Source: an uncultured bacterium (GTDB taxonomy: Bacteria; Krumholzibacteriota; Krumholzibacteriia; JACNKJ01). Taken from it: a stretch of 64,000 nt of DNA. A program made the translations under genes and the position numbers. The notes under the pieces were generated by a model. That model did not search any database. It saw only the letters and a program-made list of their open reading frames with translations, and was not told the origin of the DNA. The stretch lies in the NCBI GenBank assembly GCA_963695095.1, contig CAVOFT010000001.1, positions 736,001-800,000 of the forward strand, written 5' to 3'. Shown piece by piece: positions 9,261-18,904 of this stretch (positions are counted from its first letter, which is position 1; every line of letters starts with the position of its first letter).

Positions 9261-12042
9261 CTAGCGCAAGAGAACGAGCTTGTGCTCGGCCGTGAAGCCG
9301 CCGGCGGCGAAGCGCGCGAAGTAGACGCCCGAGGCCAGCGCGCGTCCGGCTTCGTCGCGGCCGTTCCAGTCCACCGCATGGTTGCCCGCCGGCAGCGTCT
9401 CGCCCTTGAGCAGGCGCGCCACGCGACGGCCGTTCACGTCGAAGATCGCCAGCTCCACCGCGGCCGCCCGCGGCAGCGCGAAGCGCAGGGTGGTCTTGGG
9501 GTTGAAGGGGTTCGGCTGCGGCGCCGCGAAGGCGAAGGCGCCGGGACCCGCCTCCTCAGCGGCCGTCACGCCACAGCCCCAGCCATAGGCGCCCATCTGC
9601 ACGTGGCAGTCGTTGTTGGCCGGCAGGCAGGGCGAGCTCGCGTCCAGCGTGTAGTCGCCCCCGGGGGCGTCGCAGAAGAGCGGATCCTCGCTGATGTTGC
9701 CGTCGCTGCCCGTGGGGTCGGGGCAGTTGCCGTAGTTCGCGGGCGTGTTGGCGAAGGCGTCGCTGCAGCTGATGAGCAGCGTGTTGCCCGCATCGCGGCA
9801 GTAGATCGCCCCGCCGCCGCCCGCCGAATTGAATGCCATCAGCGCGCGGGAGATCGTGGCCGTCGAGGCGTTCTTCAGGGCGATGCCGCCGCCGCCCCAG
9901 GGCGTCGAGTTGCCCACCAGCGTCAGCTCCGTCAGCGTGACGTTCGACCCGGTGACGAAGATGCCCGCACCGTCGTAGTCGGCAGTGCAGCCAACAGCGA
10001 CAATACTCTCGAGCACTGACATGGAGTTCTCGAGCACGAGGCCGCCGCCATACTCGGCATCGCAGTCTACGAAGCGCAAGTCGCGGAGTGTCGGCGAGCC
10101 GTTCCAGACATAAACGCCGCCGCCCTTGTCGTAGACGCCGGTGTTCATGGCCTTGCCGTTTCGGATCGTGAAGCCTTCGAGGCGGCACGAAGCGCTCTCG
10201 CCATCGCTCATGCGGAAGCCGCGGCCGGCATCGCCGCAGTCCAGGGTGGTCACCGCCGAGCCGCCCTCGGAGATCACCACCAGATCGCGGCCGGCGAAGA
10301 GCAGGTTCCGGTTCTCGGGTCCCGCGTAGGTGCCCGGCGCGACGAGCACGGTATCGCCGTCGAGGCTGGCGGCGAAACCGGCAGCGAGAGTGGCGTGGTC
10401 GGCCGGTACCCGATGCAGCGTGCGCCGCTCGCCAATATAGTCCTGGTTCGGCTGGTCGGCCTGGAGATCGAGGTACTCGCGATGGCTGGGTGAGAAGACG
10501 TAGCCGGGCGTGACAGGAGTCAGCGTCCCGCTCCAGCCTTCGAGACGATCGATGCTGTAGTGCCCGGTGGCATCCGTGCGCACGGAGTAGGCGAGGCCAT
10601 CGATCTGGACGCCGGCCAGCGGCTGACCATCGTCAGTGGTGATGATGCCGCTGATCGAGTAGGCCGCAAGGTCACAGCCCACCGGCAGTGCGCCGATCAG
10701 CACCCCGCAGTCGTTGTTCGCCGGCGCGCAGGCGGATCCCGCGGCCGGGGCAAAGGCCGGTTCGGGTTCATCGCCTCCGCAGAAGAGCGGATCCGCGCTG
10801 ATGTTGCCGTTCAGGCCGGTCTGATCGGCCAGCGTGCCGCCGTAGTTGCCGTCCGGATTGGCGAAGAAGTCCGAGCAGACCACGCTGGGAACGCCGGTTC
10901 CATCGACGAAGAGGCCTGTCCCGACCTCATTGTGAGCAACGATGACTCGCTCCAGCACCGGGGCGGCGGACCAGCAGAAGATGGAGCTGCTCGGGTCGCG
11001 CGCGAGCCAATGCGGCTGATACACTCGGCTACCTGTGATCGTCACGCCGCGAAGAATCGGCGACGACTCGACCACCTTGATCGCACTACCGGCAAAGTCG
11101 GTGCCATTGTCGACGAACAGCACATCCTCGAGCAGCGGCGCGGCACCCTCCGAGCATTCGAGACCTCCGCCGCCATCGGCGGCGTCGTTGCCAATGAAAA
11201 TGCATCGGCGCAGAGTCGGCGAAGAGCTCCAGCAGGCCATGCCGCCGCCTCCGTCGATCACGCCAGGTAGTTCGTGCGCCTCCCAATTGCCCTCGAAGCG
11301 GCAATCCTCGAAGGTGGGTGATGGCTGCGACGTGCAGGCTACGCCGCCACCGCCGCGCTGGTAGGCAGAGCAGTTGCGGACCGTGACATGGCGGAAGACA
11401 GCCGCGGACGCCGAAACCAAGATGCCGCCCCCCCAGACCATGTTGGCGCTGCAGTCTTCGACCAGCATCCCCTCGAAGACCGGAGCGCCACCCGCAACGA
11501 AAACTCCCCCGCCCGAGTAGCAGTCCCTAACCTCGATGCTCTCAATCCGCGGAGAGCCTCCTTCCATGTGCAGAGCCGGTCCGCGAAAGTATGCAGGGCC
11601 GAACTCCGACCAGGGGGCGTCGAAGTCCTCGAGGTGGAGGTTCGCCAGCGTGGGCGAGGCCCCGAAGATGGTGACCCCGCTCGGCGTATGCTCTCCCCGG
11701 TTGTTGCGCAGGGTCATGTCGCGCAGGACCGCCGCCTGCGTCTCCCCGCTCTCAAACAGCACAGCCGGTTGCCCGCTGTCCTCGCAGTCGAGAATGGTCG
11801 CCCCCGGCCCCGCGCCCGCGATGACGATGTCCTTGCCGCCATAGTCGAGCTGGGTGTTGCCGGGGCCGAGGTAGAGCCCGGCCGCGAGCAGGATGCTGTC
11901 GCCGGGCGCTGCCGCGGCGATCGCCTGCTGCGATGGTGGCGAAGTCGCCCGTGCCGGCGGCATTCAGGTGGTAGGTCGCCGCGGGGAGGACCCCCGCCGC
12001 GCTGGAGACCAGCAACAAGGCCAGGGCGAACGCGCGCATCAT
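9261..12042 (-). CDS. Secreted parallel beta-helix (pectin-lyase-fold/Pmp-like) protein, internally duplicated, with C-terminal FlgD-Ig domain; frameshift ~11931
   Basis: Signal MMRAFALALLL..; two units each starting (A/Q)I..A..GD.(I/V).+A.G.Y.GP.N and ending NIS.DPLFC..SxC.PANNDC; GGGG/GGA repeats; PNPFNP..WNGRDEAG..SGVYF. Confidence 0.85.
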
Positions 12043-12171
12043 CCCCTCCCGCGTCGCAGACACCTAATTCTAGACTAATTGGTAGGGGATGTCCACTCGC
12101 GCAGGGGGGGGGGTAAGCGCTTATCAATGCATCAGATACCGGCGCGCGCGGCGGGTGACGCCCCAGCAGGT

Positions 12172-12237
12172 GGGGCTGTCGTGGCCCTCTGACGCGCACC
12201 TGTGAAGCGGTGCGCGGAGGAGGGCCACGACAGCCCC
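12172..12237 (-). repeat. Hairpin repeat copy B (REP-like)
   Basis: 18-bp perfect outer stem GGGGCTGTCGTGGCCCTC/GAGGGCCACGACAGCCCC with inner GCGCACC/GGTGCGC stem; core identical to copy A. Confidence 0.85.
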
Positions 12238-12242
12238 GCTAT

Positions 12243-12995
12243 CTACTGGAACTTCACCCGCCGCTCGTCCCCATCGATGACCTGGATATCCCCCAGCGCG
12301 TCCAGCCCGACGATCTCCAGCTTGCCGTCGCCGTCGATGTCGAAGATGTCCATCACATCGCCGAAGGGCCGCTCGAACTCCCACTTGAGCTGGCGAAAGC
12401 GGGCGTCGAGCACCTGGCCGCTGCTGAGCACGATGTCCGGCTGCCCGTCGGCGTCCACGTCCGCCACGAGCACCTTGCGCGCCTTGTACTCCTCGGCGCT
12501 GCGGAACTCCTCGCTCTCCTTGTCGCCCGACATGATCACCAGCCGGTTATCGGCCACGATCACGATCTCCGGCTTGCCGTCGCCGTCCACCTCGGCCACC
12601 GTGAAGCTCTCCAGGGACTGGAAATAGTTCTCGGGCGTGCGCCAGATGTCCTCCAGCGTGTCCAGGTTGATGACGAACAGGTCCCCCCGCCGCGTGCTGA
12701 CGATCAGCTCGTTGCGCCGGTCGCCCGTGGCGTCGGCCACGCGCACCTCCTTGACCGGCGCCCAGACTTCCCGCTGCCGCTTCGTTTGCAGGCGGCCGGT
12801 GGCGCGGTCGCGCTCGATGAAGTAGAGGAAGCCCCGCTGGGTGCCGTAGACGAAGGAATCCAGGGTGTCGTCGATCATCTCGGCACTGTCATGGTGCTCC
12901 ACGAAGGCCCAGGGATAGGACTGGTTGACCCAGTCCTGGGCCCCGGCGGGGGCGGCGAGGCCGGCGAGCGCGAGCAGGGCGGCGAACTGGCGCAT
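12243..12995 (-). CDS. Secreted FG-GAP/VCBS-repeat protein
   Basis: Signal MRQFAALLALAGLAAPAGA; repeats EVDGDGKPEIV, DVDADGQPDIV, DIDGDGKLEIV. Confidence 0.75.
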   Translation of the reverse strand: MRQFAALLALAGLAAPAGAQDWVNQSYPWAFVEHHDSAEMIDDTLDSFVYGTQRGFLYFIERDRATGRLQTKRQREVWAPVKEVRVADATGDRRNELIVSTRRGDLFVINLDTLEDIWRTPENYFQSLESFTVAEVDGDGKPEIVIVADNRLVIMSGDKESEEFRSAEEYKARKVLVADVDADGQPDIVLSSGQVLDARFRQLKWEFERPFGDVMDIFDIDGDGKLEIVGLDALGDIQVIDGDERRVKFQ

Positions 12996-13103
12996 GGCTC
13001 TCCTTGCGGGTGGGAATGCCCAAAGATAGCACGCCTTGCCCGCGGCACAAAGCGCCTGAACCCGGCGCCCCCGGCTTGAATGCTGCCCGGCCGGGGGGTG
13101 CGC

Positions 13104-13132
13104 TTTACACGACAGGGGCTTTGGCGTACCTT
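13104..13132 (+). promoter_or_regulatory. sigma70-like promoter for the DUF4912-GH57-yicC-gmk run
   Basis: TTTACA-N17-TACCTT. Confidence 0.45.
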
Positions 13133-13172
13133 GGAGGCCTCTACTTGATCGATGGCCGACGGAGGTGCGCCC

Positions 13173-14036
13173 ATGGCGGGGCGTTTGAGTGATCGTTACA
13201 GCCCGGCGGCGCTGGAAGCGCTGCGCGTGGCCGACCTGCGCGAGCTGGCCCGCAAGCACAAGCTCGTCGGCACCAGCGCGCTGCGCAAGGCCGAGCTGGC
13301 CGCCGCGCTCCACCGACACTTCATTCAATTGGACGAGGCTGCCGCGGCCCGCCAGCGCGAGCGCGCCGATCGCCTGCCCGCCCAGACCGCCGCGCCGGCG
13401 CCCGTGGCGCCCGTGCCCGCCAGCGAGGCGGCTCCGCCCACGCCACCGGCGGCCGATCCGGGCTCCATGCGCGATCCGGCCTGGTACGCGCCGCCCCTGC
13501 CCGAGCGCTACGACGTGGATCGCCTCACGCTCATGGTGCGCGATCCCCACTGGCTCTTCTGCTACTGGGAACTGCGCCCGGCCCTGATCGCCGAAGCCCG
13601 CGCCGAGTTCCCCGGCCCGAGCTGGGTCGTCCTGCGCATCCTCCATCTCGACGAGGCGGAGGGCGTCCACGACACCTGGACCATCGACATCGGCAGCGAG
13701 GCCCGGAGCTGGTACGTCAACACCGGCCGGCCGGGCGGCCGCTTCCGCGCCGAGCTCGGCCTCACGGACGCCGACGGCCGCTATCGCCTGCTCGTGGCGA
13801 GCAACACGGTCCGCGCGCCCATGGACACCCCCTCGGTGCGCTGGGACGAGGAGTGGGTGGGCGTCAGCCGCGAAGTCTGGGAGCAGATCGAGCGCGCGCC
13901 GCGTCCCTTCCCGGGCTCGCTCGGGGGCTGGGATCATCTCCGCCGCGATCTGGCCCGCCTGGGATCCGAGCGCGTGGGCGCGTCAGAGCGCCTCTCCGCC
14001 ACCGCGCCCGGCGCCGGCAAGGGGAAGGGCTCGTGA
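13173..14036 (+). CDS. DUF4912 domain protein with Rho-N-like N-terminus
   Basis: LRVADLRELARK..LRKAEL; LPERYDVDRLTLMVRDPHWLFCYWE; SNTVRAP; GGAGG RBS. Confidence 0.85.
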   Translation: MAGRLSDRYSPAALEALRVADLRELARKHKLVGTSALRKAELAAALHRHFIQLDEAAAARQRERADRLPAQTAAPAPVAPVPASEAAPPTPPAADPGSMRDPAWYAPPLPERYDVDRLTLMVRDPHWLFCYWELRPALIAEARAEFPGPSWVVLRILHLDEAEGVHDTWTIDIGSEARSWYVNTGRPGGRFRAELGLTDADGRYRLLVASNTVRAPMDTPSVRWDEEWVGVSREVWEQIERAPRPFPGSLGGWDHLRRDLARLGSERVGASERLSATAPGAGKGKGS

Positions 14037-15688
14037 GCCCCGCGCCCCGCCCCGGCCGCGTGGCCCTCGTGCTGCACCACCACCTGCCCTACATCCGGCA
14101 CCCCGAGTACGAGGACTTCATGGAGGAGGACTGGCTCCACCAGGCGGTGGCGGAGACCTATCTGCCGCTGCTGGGCGTCTTCGAGCGCCTGCGCGCCGAC
14201 GGCGTGCCCTACCGGGTCACCGTCTCGCTGACGCCGCCCCTGATCTCCATGCTCGACGACCCGCTGCTGCGCGACCGCACCGAGCGCCACCTGACGCGCC
14301 TGCTGCGCCTGGCCGAGGCCGAAGTGCTGCGCACCCGCGGCGATGACGGCCGCGCGCGCCTGGCCAGCTACTACCGCGAGCACTTCGGCGGCATGCGCGA
14401 CCGCTACCTGCAGGAGTACGGCCGCGACATCGTCTCGCGCTACCGCGACCTGCAAGACAGCGGGCACCTGGAGATCGTCACCTGCGGCGCCACGCACGGC
14501 TTCCTGCCGCTGATGAACGATCATCAGCCGGCCATGCGCGCGCAGATCGCCGTCGCCGTCGAGCACTACCGCGGGCGCTTCGGCCGCCAGCCGCGCGGCA
14601 TCTGGCTGGCCGAGTGCGGCTATCAGCCCGGCGTCGAGCAGCTCCTCGCCGATGCGGGCCTCGAGTACTTCTTCGTGGACACGCACGGCCTGGCCTTCGC
14701 CGAGCCGCGCCCGCGCTACGGCGTCTTCGCGCCGATCATGACGGACAGCGGCGTGGCCGCCTTCGGCCGCGACCTCGAATCGAGCCACCAGGTCTGGAGC
14801 GCCGAGGCGGGCTATCCGGGCGATCCCGTCTACCGCGAGTTCTACCGCGACCTGGGCTGGGACCTGGACCTCGACTACCTGAAGCCCTTCCTCGGCCACC
14901 ACGGCTTCCGCAAGTCCACGGGCGTCAAGTATCACCGCGTGACCGGCAAGGTCGCCCTGCACGAGAAGCAGCTCTACGACCCCTGGGCCGCGCGGGACAA
15001 GGCGGACGAGCACGCCGGCAACTTCCTCTTCAACCGTGAGCGGCAGGTCGAGGATCTCGCCGGCCGCATGGATCGGCCGCCCGTGATCGTGGCGCCCTAC
15101 GACGCCGAGCTCTTCGGCCACTGGTGGTACGAGGGGCCGCGCTTCCTCGAGTCCTTCATCCGCAAGAGCGCCTACGACACGCGCCTGTACAGCCTGGCCA
15201 GTCCGGGCGACGTGCTCGACGAGCAGCCCATCAACCAGCGGGCCACGCCCAGCTTCTCGAGCTGGGGCTACAAGGGCTACTGCGAGTTCTGGCTCAACGG
15301 CGACAACGACTGGATCTACCGCCACCTGCACCAGGCCCAGGAGCGGATGACCCGCCTGGCCGATGCCGGCGGCGCCGGCGGCGGCCAGCTCCGGGAGCGC
15401 TTGCTGGCGCAGGCCGGGCGCGAGCTGCTGCTCGCGCAGAGCAGCGACTGGGCCTTCATCATGAAGACGGGCACGGTGGTCGAGTACGCCGAGAAGCGCA
15501 CCAAGGAGCACCTGCACCGCTTCGCGGCGCTGGCGGACATGCTCGAGGGCGGCGCGCTGGACGAGGGCCGTCTCGCCGACTACGAGGGCCGCGACAACAT
15601 CTTCCCCGCCATCGACTGGCGGCACTGGCGCAGCCGCCCCGGCGAAGTCCTCGCCGCCGGCGCCCTGCGCGCGCCCGCCGCCGGCTAG
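14033..15688 (+). CDS. GH57 1,4-alpha-glucan branching enzyme (DUF1957)
   Basis: LVLHHHLPY, THGFLPL, GIWLAECGY, PYDAELFGHWWYEG, ELLLAQSSDWAF. Confidence 0.92.
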   Translation: MSPAPRPGRVALVLHHHLPYIRHPEYEDFMEEDWLHQAVAETYLPLLGVFERLRADGVPYRVTVSLTPPLISMLDDPLLRDRTERHLTRLLRLAEAEVLRTRGDDGRARLASYYREHFGGMRDRYLQEYGRDIVSRYRDLQDSGHLEIVTCGATHGFLPLMNDHQPAMRAQIAVAVEHYRGRFGRQPRGIWLAECGYQPGVEQLLADAGLEYFFVDTHGLAFAEPRPRYGVFAPIMTDSGVAAFGRDLESSHQVWSAEAGYPGDPVYREFYRDLGWDLDLDYLKPFLGHHGFRKSTGVKYHRVTGKVALHEKQLYDPWAARDKADEHAGNFLFNRERQVEDLAGRMDRPPVIVAPYDAELFGHWWYEGPRFLESFIRKSAYDTRLYSLASPGDVLDEQPINQRATPSFSSWGYKGYCEFWLNGDNDWIYRHLHQAQERMTRLADAGGAGGGQLRERLLAQAGRELLLAQSSDWAFIMKTGTVVEYAEKRTKEHLHRFAALADMLEGGALDEGRLADYEGRDNIFPAIDWRHWRSRPGEVLAAGALRAPAAG

Positions 15689-15713
15689 GGCGCCGCGGCC
15701 GAGGGAGTCAAGC

Positions 15714-16589
15714 GTGATCAGGAGCATGACGGGCTTCGGCAGCGCGCGGCGCGCGGCGACGGACTTCGAGATCCTCGTCGACCTGCGCTCCGTGAACAAT
15801 CGCTTCTTCGACTTCCAGGCCCGCCTGCCCCGCGAGCTGAGCTACATCGAGGGGGAGCTGCTCGAGCGCTGCAAGGCGCGCGGGCTGCGCGGACGCGTGA
15901 ACGTCCAGGTCGCCCTGGAGCGAACGGCCGGCGCCGCGCGGCCGCGCCTGGATGCGGAGGTCATGGCCGCTTACATCGAGGCCGTCGACAAGCTCTGCGC
16001 CGAGCACGGCTTCGCCGAGCGCGGGAGCGCGGCCCAGTTCCTCGCCCTGCCCGAGCTCTTCGGCGCGCCGGCCAGCGAGCCGGATCGCGAGCTGGTCTCG
16101 CGACTGGTCGGCGAGGCCCTCGAGGAAGCGCTCGACGGCCTGGCGGCGATGAAGCTGCGCGAAGGCGCGGCGCTGGCCGCGGAGCTGGACGGCCGGGTGG
16201 CGGTCCTCCAGGCCGCGCTCGGCCGCATCGAGGCCGGCCTGCCCGAAGCGCGGGCGACCCTCAAGGCCGGGCTCGAGGCCCGCATCGCCGACTTGCTGGG
16301 CGAGCTGGCGGTGGATCCCCAGCGGCTCGCGCAGGAGCTGGCCATCCTCATCGACCGCAGCGACCTCACCGAGGAGACCGTGCGCCTGGCCAGCCATCTG
16401 GAGCAGTTCCGGGCGGCACTGGCCGACGGCGGCGAGGTTGCCAAGAAGCTCGGCTTCCTGCTGCAGGAGATCCTGCGCGAGGCCAACACGATCGGCGCCA
16501 AGGCCCAGGCGCTGGCGATCGTCCAGGAAGTGCTGCTGATCAAGGAAGAGACGGAGAAGATCCGCGAGCAGATCCAGAACATCGAGTGA
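15714..16589 (+). CDS. yicC: YicC/YloC family endoribonuclease
   Basis: IRSMTGFG, RSVNNRF, LLQEILREANTIGAK, KIREQIQNIE. Confidence 0.95.
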   Translation: MIRSMTGFGSARRAATDFEILVDLRSVNNRFFDFQARLPRELSYIEGELLERCKARGLRGRVNVQVALERTAGAARPRLDAEVMAAYIEAVDKLCAEHGFAERGSAAQFLALPELFGAPASEPDRELVSRLVGEALEEALDGLAAMKLREGAALAAELDGRVAVLQAALGRIEAGLPEARATLKAGLEARIADLLGELAVDPQRLAQELAILIDRSDLTEETVRLASHLEQFRAALADGGEVAKKLGFLLQEILREANTIGAKAQALAIVQEVLLIKEETEKIREQIQNIE

Positions 16590-17263
16590 CGAACCCCACC
16601 CCGCCCTGCAGCACGCCCTGTCCGCCGGACCCCCAGGGGTCGGGCCTGGCCGTGGTCGTCTCCGGCCCCTCGGGCGCCGGCAAGACGACGCTCGTCAAGC
16701 ACATGATGCTGCGCAGTTCGCGCAGCCACTTCTCGATCAGCGCCACGACGCGGGCGCCGCGAGGCGAGGAGGTCGACGGGGTCGATTACCGCTTCCTGGC
16801 CCGCGAGGCCTTCCTCGATCTGCGCGACAAGGGCGGCCTGCTCGAGTGGGCCGAAGTGCACGGCGAGTTCTACGGCACGCCGCGCGGCGAGGTCTGTCCC
16901 TATCTGCAGGACGGCCGCCACGTCTTCCTCGACATCGACGTGCAGGGCGCGCTCAGCGTGAAGCAGGCGCTGCCCGCGCAGTCCTGGCTGCTCTTCGTGT
17001 TGCCGCCGGACATGGCGCTGCTCGCCGCGCGCCTGCGCGGCCGCGGCACCGATGCCGAGGACGTCGTCGCCCGCCGCCTGGCCAACGCGATCGGCGAGCT
17101 GGCCGCGCTGCCGCGCTTCGACGCCGTCGTGGTGAACGATGAGCTGGCTCAGGCCGTCGAGCGGGCCGCCCTGCTCCTGGCCGGCCGCGAGCGCAACCTG
17201 GCGGCCTGGCTGGCGGCGGGGGGCCGCGAGTTCATGCGCGGGGCCTTCGGCGTCGCGGTCTGA
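16586..17263 (+). CDS. gmk: Guanylate kinase
   Basis: SGPSGAGKTT, SATTRAPRGEEVDGVDY, EWAEVHGEFYGT, LDIDVQGA. Confidence 0.95.
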   Translation: MTNPTPPCSTPCPPDPQGSGLAVVVSGPSGAGKTTLVKHMMLRSSRSHFSISATTRAPRGEEVDGVDYRFLAREAFLDLRDKGGLLEWAEVHGEFYGTPRGEVCPYLQDGRHVFLDIDVQGALSVKQALPAQSWLLFVLPPDMALLAARLRGRGTDAEDVVARRLANAIGELAALPRFDAVVVNDELAQAVERAALLLAGRERNLAAWLAAGGREFMRGAFGVAV

Positions 17264-17280
17264 TTCCGTAGCTCGCAAAA

Positions 17281-17293
17281 TATCAACAAGTTA
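17281..17293 (+). promoter_or_regulatory. IHF-consensus site upstream of rpoZ
   Basis: TATCAACAAGTTA matches WATCAANNNNTTR and follows an A-tract in an AT-rich spacer. Confidence 0.45.
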
Positions 17294-17376
17294 CTGCTTT
17301 GGCGCTTGTGTTTCGCCGCAGTCCTTGATAACTTGCTTGTTCCCATCATCCCCAACGGCTGCGAGGTATCCCCGCT

Positions 17377-17640
17377 ATGGGCTTCGTTCCCATCGAGAAG
17401 GTCACGACTCGCGTTCGCAACAAGTACGAGGCCGTGCTGGTGGCCGCCAAGGAAGCGCGCGTGCAGAACAGCATCGCCCAGCTCCGGGACCAGGATCCCA
17501 ACGGCGTCTACCCGAAGATCACCACGCTGTCCCTGACCCGGCTCATCGCCGGCAAGATCCGCTACTCCTACGGCGAGATCGAGCCGCTGGCCCCCGAGGA
17601 GACGACCGAGCAGCTCGATCTGGAAGAAGAGAGCAGCTAG
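17377..17640 (+). CDS. rpoZ: RNA polymerase omega subunit
   Basis: NKYEAVLVAAKEAR motif; position between gmk and coaBC. Confidence 0.85.
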   Translation: MGFVPIEKVTTRVRNKYEAVLVAAKEARVQNSIAQLRDQDPNGVYPKITTLSLTRLIAGKIRYSYGEIEPLAPEETTEQLDLEEESS

Positions 17641-17644
17641 CGCC

Positions 17645-18904
17645 ATGCCCGGCGATGCGCCCAGTCCCCTCGCGGGCCTGCGGATCGTCCTCGGCGTCTC
17701 GGGCGGCATCGCCGCCTACAAGGCGGCCGTCCTGTTGCGCCTCCTGCGCAAGGACGGAGCGGAAGTCGTCGTGACGATGACCGAGGCCGCCACCCAGTTC
17801 ATCGGCCCCCTGACGATGGCCACCCTGAGCGGCAAGCCCGTCATCACCAGTCTCTGGGAGCGGGTGGCGGACGCGACCCTGCCCAGCGACGTCGAGCACA
17901 TCGGCCTCGTCAAGTGGGCCGACCTCGCCCTGCTGGCGCCGGCCACGATGAACACCCTCGGCGAGCTGGCCCGCGGCCTGGCGGACGACCCCGTCACCAC
18001 CTTCTTCGGCGCCTTCCCGGCCGAGCGCGCCCTGCTCGCCCCGGCGATGAACGGCGGCATGTGGCGCAACCCCGCCACGCGCAAGAACGTGCGCCTGCTG
18101 CGCGCCCGCGGCTACACGATCACCGGCCCCGGCCGCGGCGAGCTGGCCTGCGGCGACGAGGACGAGGGCCGCATGGCCGAGCCCGAGCAGATCATGAACG
18201 CCCTGGCCGGTCTCGTGAGGCGGGGGCCGCTGGCCGGGCGTCGCGTCCTGGTCACGGCCGGCCCCACGCGCGAATGGATCGACCCCGTGCGCTACTTGAG
18301 CAATGCCTCGACGGGCACGATGGGCCTGGCTATCGCCGAGGCGGCCCGCGCCCTCGGCGCAGGGGTCACCCTGGTCGCCGGCCCCGGCGTGGCGGCGGCG
18401 CATGCGGCCATCCGCCGCGTCGACGTGGAGAGCGCCGCCGACATGGCCAGTGCCGTCCATGCGGCCGCCGCCGAGGCCGAGCTGACCGTGATGGCCGCCG
18501 CGGTGGCCGACTGGCGGCCGGTGGCCGCCGCACCCGGCAAGCTCAAGAAGGCGGCCGGCCCGCCGGCGGTGGCGCTGGAGCCCACGGAGGACATCCTCGC
18601 CGCGCTCGCCGCGCGCGGCCTGGGCGGCCTGCGCGTCGGCTTCGCCCTCGAGACCACGGGGCTCGAGGAGAGCGCCCGCGCCAAGCTGGAGGCGAAGGGG
18701 CTCGCGCTGGTGGTGGCCAACGCCGTCGGCGAGGGCGCCGGCTTCGGCACCGGCGACAACACGGTGCTCGTGCTGGGCCCCGCCGGTTTCCGGCGCGAGT
18801 ACCCGCGCATGGACAAGCGGGCCCTCGGCCGCGAACTCATGGCGCTCTTCGCCGACCGTCTGGGCAAGACCGATGCGGACCGCGCCGAGGCCGGCCACCA
18901 CTAA
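17645..18904 (+). CDS. coaBC: Phosphopantothenoylcysteine decarboxylase/ligase
   Basis: GVSGGIAAYKA, APAMN, LACGDEDEGRM, VTAGPTREWIDPVRYLSN, GFALET. Confidence 0.95.
   Translation: MPGDAPSPLAGLRIVLGVSGGIAAYKAAVLLRLLRKDGAEVVVTMTEAATQFIGPLTMATLSGKPVITSLWERVADATLPSDVEHIGLVKWADLALLAPATMNTLGELARGLADDPVTTFFGAFPAERALLAPAMNGGMWRNPATRKNVRLLRARGYTITGPGRGELACGDEDEGRMAEPEQIMNALAGLVRRGPLAGRRVLVTAGPTREWIDPVRYLSNASTGTMGLAIAEAARALGAGVTLVAGPGVAAAHAAIRRVDVESAADMASAVHAAAAEAELTVMAAAVADWRPVAAAPGKLKKAAGPPAVALEPTEDILAALAARGLGGLRVGFALETTGLEESARAKLEAKGLALVVANAVGEGAGFGTGDNTVLVLGPAGFRREYPRMDKRALGRELMALFADRLGKTDADRAEAGHH

Noticed and set aside
12104..12113. Poly-G tract as a phase-variation switch upstream of the beta-helix gene
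   Set aside because: I could not place it within a defined promoter, and homopolymer length is unreliable in this error-prone sequence
8960..12237. Integron cassette (attC sites)
   Set aside because: The hairpins lack RYYYAAC/GTTRRRY ends, are inverted rather than direct, and no integrase is present
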